Shown: positions 55,291 to 63,316 of the stretch, piece after piece
Layout of the letters: each line of letters begins with the position of its first letter
How positions within the stretch are numbered: position 1 is the stretch's first letter
Source: Pseudobdellovibrionaceae bacterium
GTDB lineage: Bacteria > Bdellovibrionota > Bdellovibrionia > Bdellovibrionales > UBA1609
Length of the DNA: 64,000 nt
Assembly (NCBI GenBank): GCA_947444305.1
Contig: CANEZP010000020.1
Coordinates: 6,703 to 70,702 of the forward strand
Direction of reading: 5' to 3'
The notes under the pieces: model-generated
What the model was told of the DNA's origin: nothing
Database searches by the model: none
Seen by the model: the letters and a program-made list of their open reading frames with translations, nothing else
Program-made: the position numbers and the translations under genes

Positions 55291-56226
55291 ATGAAAAAAC
55301 GCGATTGGCTCTTAGTCATCTCCCTTGTTCCCGCAACCTGGATCTTCGATCAACTGACCAAAGCTTGGGCCATGTCTTCGCTCGCGGAATTAAAATTCTA
55401 CGGTTTTTTTGGTTTGGTTCTGCACCACAATCCCGGCGCGATCCTCGGCACGTTTGCCGATCTCCCGCCCGTTTTGCGCGTGGTGAGTTTATCAACCGGC
55501 GGCGCATTTTTAATCACGATCTACGCGGCTATCCAGTACTTGTTGCCGTCACGCTCGCTTCCGCTACGCGCGGGCATGTCGCTCTTGCTCGGCGGTATTT
55601 TAGGTAACGTGACCGACCGTATCGTTTACGGCGCGGTCACCGACTTCCTCGTGTTCGGCAGCCGTCAACTATCGACGCCCGCCTTCAACGTAGCCGACGC
55701 CGTTCAGTGGGTCGGCTACCTGCTCGTCGTTTACGGACTCGTCCGCGACGGCTCACTCTTCTGGCCCGACGCTAACGTTCGCAAAACGATCTGGGTGAAT
55801 CCCCGCTTTCAATTGCGCTTTTGTTTCACGATGGTCGCGATCGGCGCGTGCTTCTCGATCGTCAGCGGCGTCTTTGCTTATACGTTTTTAAAAATTACGA
55901 TCGACGATCTCGTCGTCGGCCCCGCCCGCATGATGGAAAAACGTTTCCTCGTGCCGTTCTTGCAAACTTACATCATCATCGCGTTCGGCTTTATGGCGAC
56001 CCTATTCGCGCTCGGCCGCATCCTCTCGCACCGGATGGCCGGCCCGATCTACGGGTTCGAAAATTACCTGAAAGATTTAATGCGCGGTAAGGACCGTAAG
56101 TTCCGCGTGCGTCAAGGCGATGAATTCAAACACCTCGAAGACCTCGCCGACCAAATGCGCCCGCTCATCGCCGCCGCCGTCGCCGAAATCCAACGCGAAG
56201 AAGAAAAACGCCTAAAGTCGGTTTAG
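55291..56226 (+). CDS. lspA: signal peptidase II fused to a 2-TM/HAMP-like domain
   Basis: DQLTK, NPGA, GNVTDR, VTDF, FNVAD, followed by NPRFQ-TM-TM-SHRMAGP...RQGDEF. Confidence 0.8.
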   Translation: MKKRDWLLVISLVPATWIFDQLTKAWAMSSLAELKFYGFFGLVLHHNPGAILGTFADLPPVLRVVSLSTGGAFLITIYAAIQYLLPSRSLPLRAGMSLLLGGILGNVTDRIVYGAVTDFLVFGSRQLSTPAFNVADAVQWVGYLLVVYGLVRDGSLFWPDANVRKTIWVNPRFQLRFCFTMVAIGACFSIVSGVFAYTFLKITIDDLVVGPARMMEKRFLVPFLQTYIIIAFGFMATLFALGRILSHRMAGPIYGFENYLKDLMRGKDRKFRVRQGDEFKHLEDLADQMRPLIAAAVAEIQREEEKRLKSV

Positions 56227-56245
56227 GGCTGAATACTTTCAGCCC
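56226..56245. terminator. hairpin between convergent genes
   Basis: GGGCTGAA-TACT-TTCAGCCC. Confidence 0.55.
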
Positions 56246-56251
56246 GCAATA

Positions 56252-57100
56252 TTAAATCGGGGCTATCGTCACGGCCGAGATGTGTTCTAAGAAATAGCGT
56301 TTCGGGCGAATGTCGTCGCCCTCGTTGTTTCCTTCGGTCGCGACTAAGTAATCGCCGTCGGGATTTCGCACTAAACCCATCGGAAATACCTTGCGCGGCT
56401 CACCGGGCCGCGACCCGGATTCATAAACTAAAATAATTTCGCGCTTATCACGCAGCGCACGTACCATCGCGCGGAAGTGATCGCGTTCGGTTAATTCATC
56501 GACCGAAAAACGCTTCCAAGGCAGATGCGTGTTCTGAAAACCCATGATGTCGGACAGCTTCGCTTCGCGCCCTAGCTTTTCGAAATACTTCATCGCGACC
56601 GCTAAGCAAGTCTTTGCGTCGTCGAGCGCACGATGCGCGGCCCCAGCTTCAACGCCGAAGTGTTTGGCCAGAGTCGCCAAGCGATGATTCGAAACGTCGG
56701 CGTTGATCGCGCGGCTAATGAGGCTGGTACAAAACCCGGGATTGTCGGGCAAAAGCATGCGCGCTTTTTCGAATTCCCAAGTCAAAAAGCCCATGTCGAA
56801 CGGCGCGTGGTGAGCCAGGATGAAACCGTCTTTGATGAACTCGTGAAACTCGGCCAGCTTATGCTGAAGCAAAGGCGCGGTTTCGACCATTTCGTTCGTG
56901 ATGTTGTGAATCGCGATGACCTCATCCGACATACGGACCGCAGGCTTCAACAGCGTTTGGTAAGTGCCGACGATCTCGCCCGCACGCCACTTCACGGCGG
57001 CCATTTCACAAATTTCGGCGTCGAGCGGGTATTTGCCCGTCGTCTCTAGATCAATGGCTACGAAAGTCGTCTCGAACCATAGTTTTTTTAGGATTTCCAC
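56252..57100 (-). CDS. DEDDh (DnaQ-like) 3'-5' exonuclease with C-terminal WYL-like domain
   Basis: DLETTG, HAPFDMGF, HRALDD; C-terminal I-LVY...RKVFP...YLVA...RYFLEHI. Confidence 0.85.
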   Translation of the reverse strand: MEILKKLWFETTFVAIDLETTGKYPLDAEICEMAAVKWRAGEIVGTYQTLLKPAVRMSDEVIAIHNITNEMVETAPLLQHKLAEFHEFIKDGFILAHHAPFDMGFLTWEFEKARMLLPDNPGFCTSLISRAINADVSNHRLATLAKHFGVEAGAAHRALDDAKTCLAVAMKYFEKLGREAKLSDIMGFQNTHLPWKRFSVDELTERDHFRAMVRALRDKREIILVYESGSRPGEPRKVFPMGLVRNPDGDYLVATEGNNEGDDIRPKRYFLEHISAVTIAPI

Positions 57101-57210
57101 CCCACTGTCTTGCCTCAATTTCGTCCGCCTAGCAACACCTGGACTATCTCGGGGGTCAGATTTGGCTTTATCCTAGAAGTAATCCCGGCAGATAACCACG
57201 GAAGGCTAAC

Positions 57211-57633
57211 GTGAATCGATTCGCAATCACTTCGCTCATTACTCTGATTACCTTGTTTAGCATTCCTTCCCAGGCTGAATTGATTTGTAAGTGGACCGCT
57301 CAGGGTACGGACGTAAACTTTGCTTCGGACGAAATTTTTTCGAAAAAGCCGACGCTCGAGAAAGAAAACTGCGGAACGAACGGCACGCCGACGTGCACGG
57401 GTTACATCTATTGCAGCGATAACAAGACGGGAACTCCGGCCGCCCCGCCCGAGGCCGGCTTCGCGGCCTGTGAAGCCGTCAAGGTCGAGGGCAAATGGCG
57501 ATGTCCCGACGCGCAGACCTGTCACGACGACGTAAACGTGATCGTCAGCAATCTTCCGCGCATCCCTTCTAAAGCCGCCGCGGCCCCGGCCGGCGCGAGC
57601 GACGGCGGCGCGGTTCGCGAGGGCACCAAATGA
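57211..57633 (+). CDS. secreted Cys-rich hypothetical protein
   Basis: Signal peptide, 7 Cys; ATGA overlap with the next gene. Confidence 0.7.
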   Translation: MNRFAITSLITLITLFSIPSQAELICKWTAQGTDVNFASDEIFSKKPTLEKENCGTNGTPTCTGYIYCSDNKTGTPAAPPEAGFAACEAVKVEGKWRCPDAQTCHDDVNVIVSNLPRIPSKAAAAPAGASDGGAVREGTK

Positions 57634-57920
57634 AGTCGATCATTTTTAGCGCAATTACGTTCATCGCGAGCCCGGTCTTCGCGGGCGTAAGCCCCGGTCA
57701 CATCTTTATGTGCAAGGTCACCGGCTTCGATAAAAAAGAAGTGAAGGGCCAATGCGATCCTTCCCGGCCGAAAGCGTTAATGAAAATCCCGCGCGAGTGG
57801 CTTGCGGAAGACAACCAGGTAAAAATGAATAAACGTGTGAAGTTTATCTTGGACGACAAACAGTACGGACAATGGCTCGCGATGAACAATCTCGAAATGC
57901 CGAAGGGAAAATCAAAATGA
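57630..57920 (+). CDS. small secreted hypothetical protein
   Basis: Signal peptide, 2 Cys; ATGA overlaps on both sides. Confidence 0.7.
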   Translation: MKSIIFSAITFIASPVFAGVSPGHIFMCKVTGFDKKEVKGQCDPSRPKALMKIPREWLAEDNQVKMNKRVKFILDDKQYGQWLAMNNLEMPKGKSK

Positions 57921-58276
57921 ATAAATTGATCTTACTTTTGGTATTCGCGCCCGTTACGGCTTTTGCGGCAGGCCCCGCGACCCCGGCCCCCGCCACTCCA
58001 ACGATCCCGGCCCCGGCCGCGGCACCCGCCGAGAACTGCCGCTTCTCCAAGAAAGCGGCCGAGCACAATATGATCACGGTTCGCGGCTGCAACGACCGGA
58101 TCTGCAGTCACGTCGTGATCTGCGGAAAGACGGCGAAGACGGTAACTTGCAAAATGCCGAACGGAACTTGTGACGGGTACACGGCGAACGAATGCGTCGC
58201 TAAAGCGGCGACGACCGAAGCCGAGTTTGATACGGTAGACCGCCGGCCGAAAAAGCCGGCCGCCGTAACTAAATGA
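57917..58276 (+). CDS. secreted Cys-rich hypothetical protein with Pro-Ala linker
   Basis: Signal peptide, PATPAPATP linker, 7 Cys. Confidence 0.7.
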   Translation: MNKLILLLVFAPVTAFAAGPATPAPATPTIPAPAAAPAENCRFSKKAAEHNMITVRGCNDRICSHVVICGKTAKTVTCKMPNGTCDGYTANECVAKAATTEAEFDTVDRRPKKPAAVTK

Positions 58277-59170
58277 TCATTTCTTTTTAGATTCGGGCTT
58301 CTTTTTCTTCGTCGTCATCTTATTCACGAAGTTATTGTAAACGTTCATCGACTCGTCATCTTTGCCGAGCACGGCGCCGAGTTTGCGTGGTTTCGAGCCG
58401 TCGGATTTTAATTCCTTCTGCTTGATCTGCACGCGGATGTAGCCTTCTTCGGGGCGCCCGTCTTGACGGCGGGTCGCGGGCTTCACTTCGCTGCGGGCGT
58501 GCAAGTCCACGCTCTGGCTTTCGAGTTTACCGTTGATCTGACCCATCGTTAAATCCAAACGCTTCTCGGCGATCTGCTTAGCCAGGGCTTCGTTCTGCCC
58601 CCGGACCGTGTGCAAATAGACGACCGAATCCATTTTCACGTCGGCGTCTTCTAGGCCGGCGGTGAATTTGTTCAGCTTATCCATAATGCCCGCGAACGCC
58701 GCCTTAGGCGTAGCCGTGCCGTCTTCGAAGATCTTGCTCTCCGGAAACTTCATCTCGATCGTATCGCCCGTTACTTCCATGCCGGTCGCAACGTCACCGA
58801 GCTCTTCGCTCAGCGCCGACATGACGATGTTCTTAGAACCCATCGACAGGAAATTCGGCGTGTGATCTTGCGGCGTCATGAAGTCTTGCAAGACCTTCAA
58901 CGGTTCGTTGATGATGTCGAGGAACAATTTCTCGAGCGTCAACTCAACCCCGTAGTTCGAAAAATTATATTCGATCACCGACGGCGTAGAGAAATATTCG
59001 GAAACGTTCTTCTTCTGTTCCGGAGCTTGGGCGAGGAGCCACATCAAAAGAAAGAAGGCCATAAGAGCCGTCATAAAGTCGGCGAATGCCACTTTCCACG
59101 AACCGCCGTGCGCACCGGCCGCGGCGATCGTGATTTTCTTTACGACGATTATGGGTTCTTTTTCAGCCAT
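58277..59170 (-). CDS. motB: flagellar stator protein MotB (divergent C-terminus)
   Basis: HGGSWKVAFADFMTALMAFF with the conserved Asp; follows motA. Confidence 0.88.
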   Translation of the reverse strand: MAEKEPIIVVKKITIAAAGAHGGSWKVAFADFMTALMAFFLLMWLLAQAPEQKKNVSEYFSTPSVIEYNFSNYGVELTLEKLFLDIINEPLKVLQDFMTPQDHTPNFLSMGSKNIVMSALSEELGDVATGMEVTGDTIEMKFPESKIFEDGTATPKAAFAGIMDKLNKFTAGLEDADVKMDSVVYLHTVRGQNEALAKQIAEKRLDLTMGQINGKLESQSVDLHARSEVKPATRRQDGRPEEGYIRVQIKQKELKSDGSKPRKLGAVLGKDDESMNVYNNFVNKMTTKKKKPESKKK

Positions 59171-59176
59171 GACTGA

Positions 59177-60037
59177 TTACGCCGCTTTCTTCGCATCTTT
59201 GGTCGCGGCATCCATCTCTTCGAACGTTGGACGCTCGGAGGGAAAGATCGTGCGACGGGCAAATTCAACGCAAACTAGCGGGGGCGCTCCGCGCTGGAGT
59301 GAAACGAGCGCGGCTTTGATAACCATAAGGTAGCGGCCTTCGGCGGCGATATCGTTACCCATTTTCGTGGCGACGGGACCGACGAATCCGTAGGCGGCCA
59401 AAACCCCCAAGAACGTTCCGATCAGTGCCGCGGCAACTGAGTTACCGATGACTTGCGTACCTTGATCGAGCAAGGCCATCGTGTGAACGATACCTAGAAC
59501 GGCCGCGACGATCCCGAGACCGGGAAATGAATCCCCGACCGACGCGATCGCGTGCTGGGCCGCGTGCTCTTCTTCGTGCGCGACTTTAATATCTTGATCA
59601 AGTAAATCGTCGACGTCGTACTGCGAGAGATCGGCCGACAAAGTGATCTTCATCGTATCGCACAAAAAATCCACCGCGTGGTGATTCTTAAGGAACGCGG
59701 GATACGACTTGAAGATTTCCGACGAATTCGGTTCTTCGATGTGTTTCTCGACCGCTTGCGGACCGTCTTTACGAAAGATCTGAAACAACTGAAACATGAG
59801 TTGCAAGAGTTCGACGTATTCTTTTTTGCCGGGGCCTTTGCCGAGCAAACCTTTGATCGCCATGCTGAACGCGCGCTTCACGGTTCCGATTGGGTTCGCG
59901 ATGATCATCCCGCCGATGGCGGCACCGAAAATGATCATAACTTCGAACGGCTGCCACACGACGTGCAAGTGTCCACCCGCGAGTACGAACCCGCCGAAAA
60001 CTCCCACCAACACGATTAATATGCCTACAAATCCCAT
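59177..60037 (-). CDS. motA: flagellar stator protein MotA
   Basis: QPFE, PGLGIVAAVLG, ALIGTFLG, VEFARR; ATG after GAGG. Confidence 0.95.
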   Translation of the reverse strand: MGFVGILIVLVGVFGGFVLAGGHLHVVWQPFEVMIIFGAAIGGMIIANPIGTVKRAFSMAIKGLLGKGPGKKEYVELLQLMFQLFQIFRKDGPQAVEKHIEEPNSSEIFKSYPAFLKNHHAVDFLCDTMKITLSADLSQYDVDDLLDQDIKVAHEEEHAAQHAIASVGDSFPGLGIVAAVLGIVHTMALLDQGTQVIGNSVAAALIGTFLGVLAAYGFVGPVATKMGNDIAAEGRYLMVIKAALVSLQRGAPPLVCVEFARRTIFPSERPTFEEMDAATKDAKKAA

Positions 60038-60165
60038 GTTACCTCTCGCTGAAGACGCGATTCTCTTGTTCATTTCTTCGGTAAGATGAGCCATGAACTC
60101 AACGCAGACGTAGGCCGGGTCCGGGTTCCCGGCGCGCAGACCTTCGTCCGGCGTGGATCAGGACT

Positions 60166-60300
60166 TTTATTTAAGAGGCGTCGAAATGAACAAATGGATC
60201 GCGACGAGGAAGCTATTGGCTTTCGTTTTTTTAATTTGAGATCAAAACTAAGGCAAACGCGTACAGGCCGATTTGTTCATTTCGACGCCTTTCGAATAAA
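60166..60300. repeat. inverted repeat pair (20 bp perfect, 27/30 extended) flanking 75 bp
   Basis: AGGCGTCGAAATGAACAAAT at 60176-60195 and ATTTGTTCATTTCGACGCCT at 60271-60290. Confidence 0.9.
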
Positions 60301-60302
60301 CG

Positions 60303-61736
60303 TTATCGGGTGACCTCGACCAATGTCCGGAAGTCGGCGCGGTTTGCGGAATGGGCGGTCAGCTCGCCTTTTAAATGTCCGGCGTTGAAGCTGCCCTCAA
60401 AGATAACGAAATTATGGGAGCCCGTGCTTACCCGCCGGCGGGAATTGTAGAAGCGGTGTTCGTGTCCGGGAAAGGAATACGAATGCATCGCGCTCGTGAT
60501 GAGTTCGAAAGTCGGATAACCCAACCGGTCCGCTTCGATATCCATCACTTCCGAATAATGGACGTCGCCGGACACAAAACAATAAAGCGCGGACGAGGCG
60601 CCGAGCGCCGCTAGAAAATCTCGGAAGTTTTGCGCGTAAGATCCTTCGAACGATTCCCCGGATTGGTAAGCGCCGAAAAAGACCGAACCGGTGAGAAGCC
60701 ACGTCGGCCTCCCCGCCTGCGCTAAGGCTTCGGCGGGCTCAGGCCCACCGGTCGCGACGCCCGCGGCGGACGGCCCGCTGGTCACAACGCCCGCCCCGCC
60801 GGACAGTAGCCAGCGTTCTTGTTCATCACCGAAAATTTTGGCGTTCGGGCTTACGCCCGGATCGCGGAAGCTGCGGCCGTCTAAAAACACGAAGTCGGCG
60901 CCGAAAGCCGACCAGCGGCGCGCGATGCCCGGGCCCGCCGCCAATGACGGACGCGGACTTTGCGCGAAGAATGTTTCGAAGGTGATCAGCGAGGCCGCGG
61001 CCGCGGGGAAATCGCGGTACGCGTTGTCGGCACCGAAATCGTGATCGTCCCAAGTTGCGAGCACCGGGCGCAAACGCCGCTGGAAATAAAACAGCACGCG
61101 TTGGCGCGTTAGCACGTAACGCTCCCACAATTGTTTTTCGTCGGCGGGATTTTTATTTATGAAAGAAGTCCGATCGGCGTAGACATTGTCGCCCAGAAAC
61201 AAAACGGCTTCGGGTTTTTGCGCTTCCAGGCGGTGCCAGATATCGTCCCGGTGGAGTAAGTCGAGCATGCACGACACAAACGCCAACCGCACGCGCCGGG
61301 GATTGAGATCAAGCGCCGCGAACTCACGTTCGTCGCGCAGGACTCCCCGCGCATCGCGCACCCGCAGCAAATACAAAACGCCGAGTTGCAAACCGTCGAC
61401 GGCCACTTTGTGCACGGCCAAGCCCGAAAACTTCCGGCTCACGATTTCGATCGCGAGCGTTGGGGAAGTCGCGAATTGGTGAATTTCGCCGGGAGAAGAC
61501 AAACCGTCGGCGCGCGTGACCGTGATCGTCCACGCATCAAGCTTCGGGAGAACGACGGAGAATTGCGCCGAGGTTTCGTCGGTCATGCCCTGCAAAATTG
61601 AGAAACCTTTTTTATCTTGTTCGCGAAAGAGGAAAGAGTCGGCAACTTCGCCCCGGGGCACGGCGCCCGCCGCGGCCGCGGCCGAGGCGGTTCCCGCCAG
61701 TAACGAGCCCAAAAAAGCGCGACGATTCGAAGCCAT
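60303..61736 (-). CDS. phoD: Tat-exported alkaline phosphatase D family protein
   Basis: SNRRAFL twin-arginine signal, SC, LGDNVYAD, TWDDHD, LDGRSFR, SGDVH. Confidence 0.85.
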   Translation of the reverse strand: MASNRRAFLGSLLAGTASAAAAAGAVPRGEVADSFLFREQDKKGFSILQGMTDETSAQFSVVLPKLDAWTITVTRADGLSSPGEIHQFATSPTLAIEIVSRKFSGLAVHKVAVDGLQLGVLYLLRVRDARGVLRDEREFAALDLNPRRVRLAFVSCMLDLLHRDDIWHRLEAQKPEAVLFLGDNVYADRTSFINKNPADEKQLWERYVLTRQRVLFYFQRRLRPVLATWDDHDFGADNAYRDFPAAAASLITFETFFAQSPRPSLAAGPGIARRWSAFGADFVFLDGRSFRDPGVSPNAKIFGDEQERWLLSGGAGVVTSGPSAAGVATGGPEPAEALAQAGRPTWLLTGSVFFGAYQSGESFEGSYAQNFRDFLAALGASSALYCFVSGDVHYSEVMDIEADRLGYPTFELITSAMHSYSFPGHEHRFYNSRRRVSTGSHNFVIFEGSFNAGHLKGELTAHSANRADFRTLVEVTR

Positions 61737-61784
61737 AATTCCCCCCGGAATGACGGCAATCTATCGTGTAACGCTTAGTGTCGT

Positions 61785-62294
61785 CTACAGCTTTTTCAGG
61801 CGCGCGATCTCTTGCACCGTCGCCTTAAGTTCACTGCGGGTGTTCATGATTTGCATTTCTTGTTCGCTAATCAATCTTTGCAGTTGGTTCATGCGAACCT
61901 CGAAGGCTTGCACGACCGAGGCGTGGCGCTCGACCATCTCTTTGACGATGTTTTCCGAAACCTTGCGCTCATTCACGCGCGAGACGACCTGCGCGATTTT
62001 GTTGTTCATATCGAGCAAGCCGGACTGGAGTTGCTCGTTCTGCGCTTTAAAGTGCCCCTGCACACGCTCAAAACGCTGTTTGTTTTGCGCGACGACGTCT
62101 TCGGTCTTGGTACGCATGGTTTCGGCGATGGATTCGAATTCTTTAATCCGCTTGGAGATGTTTTCGATATGAAGGTGGAGTACGCGCACTTCGTCGGCCT
62201 TCGCGAAAGTGACCGGCGCTTGCGTCCCCGCCGTTTCGCGTTCGCTCGAAGCGTTGGTATTGCCAAAAAGTTCCCGGTTTAATTCTCGAGCCAT
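61785..62294 (-). CDS. coiled-coil hypothetical protein
   Basis: RBS GAGG; heptad-like helical sequence. Confidence 0.75.
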   Translation of the reverse strand: MARELNRELFGNTNASSERETAGTQAPVTFAKADEVRVLHLHIENISKRIKEFESIAETMRTKTEDVVAQNKQRFERVQGHFKAQNEQLQSGLLDMNNKIAQVVSRVNERKVSENIVKEMVERHASVVQAFEVRMNQLQRLISEQEMQIMNTRSELKATVQEIARLKKL

Positions 62295-62359
62295 GCGCTA
62301 CCTCACTGCTGTTCACTTTGCGGTGGACGAAAGTCGGTCTTCCACTCTATCGTTGGATT

Positions 62360-63316
62360 ATGACACCAGTGAGTCACTTCGCCCAGTATCTTTTGAAACA
62401 GGATCCGCAGAGAAACCCGGCGCGCCTCACTCTTTATAATTTCCTGAAACACGTCATGGAGCCGAATCTGCCGTTCACGCCGGCGGTAGTTCAAGCTTTC
62501 TACGCACGCGTGTTGCAATTCGACCATTGGCAAAACGACTCGCAGAACATGTCTACGGTAGTGAAAACCGACCTGCAAAATTACCTCAGCCAATTTGCGC
62601 TTGAGGGTGAGGCCGAAGCTTGGGCGCATCTTCGCCACCCCGACAGTTTGCAAATCGTAACGCTCAAACAAACCGGAGATCTCGAAGAACTCATCGAAAC
62701 CGAACACGCAGCCAGACAAAAGTCCGGGGACGCGATTCGCTCGGTGCGCATGAACGATTCGCAAATCTTGGTTTTGATCTTGTCGCCTTCCGGCAGCCTC
62801 GAAGCGAAAGTTTATTCAAACATGGCGCTGGTGTGGGGTTCCCGATTGCGCTTAACCGCGCCGGTCACCCAGCTTTATTACTCGTCCGACTTGGAACTTA
62901 TGCCACACGTTCGGCAGGTGCTCGAGGGGTCCCTCCTGACCACCCACTGCTTTCACGTCGACGTCGAAGGCGTTCATGGTCTGATCACGCGGGGCTACAC
63001 CTTCCAAAAGTTTGAAACCTTCATTCGCGCTCGCTTGGCCGACACCCAAGATCTTTTTGCGTCGTTAAAGAAGGTCGAACGGCACTTCATCAACCCGCAG
63101 AGTGACCCCTACTACCAGGAAATGGTTACCCGGCTTGAACGCGCGAACCGGCTGTTGGGCGTACAAAACCACGAGGGCCTACTTGAGGCCGAACGGACAC
63201 TAAACAAGGGCCGCTTGATTCTCAAAAATGTTTTTCCCAATGACAGACTGCTGACCCTTTTGGTAACTCATCTGGATTATGGCATTAACCAAAAGCGGGC
63301 CCATCCGGCTCAATAA
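62360..63316 (+). CDS. hypothetical protein
   Basis: 318-aa ORF with coding-like composition; overlaps the start of rluB. Confidence 0.75.
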   Translation: MTPVSHFAQYLLKQDPQRNPARLTLYNFLKHVMEPNLPFTPAVVQAFYARVLQFDHWQNDSQNMSTVVKTDLQNYLSQFALEGEAEAWAHLRHPDSLQIVTLKQTGDLEELIETEHAARQKSGDAIRSVRMNDSQILVLILSPSGSLEAKVYSNMALVWGSRLRLTAPVTQLYYSSDLELMPHVRQVLEGSLLTTHCFHVDVEGVHGLITRGYTFQKFETFIRARLADTQDLFASLKKVERHFINPQSDPYYQEMVTRLERANRLLGVQNHEGLLEAERTLNKGRLILKNVFPNDRLLTLLVTHLDYGINQKRAHPAQ

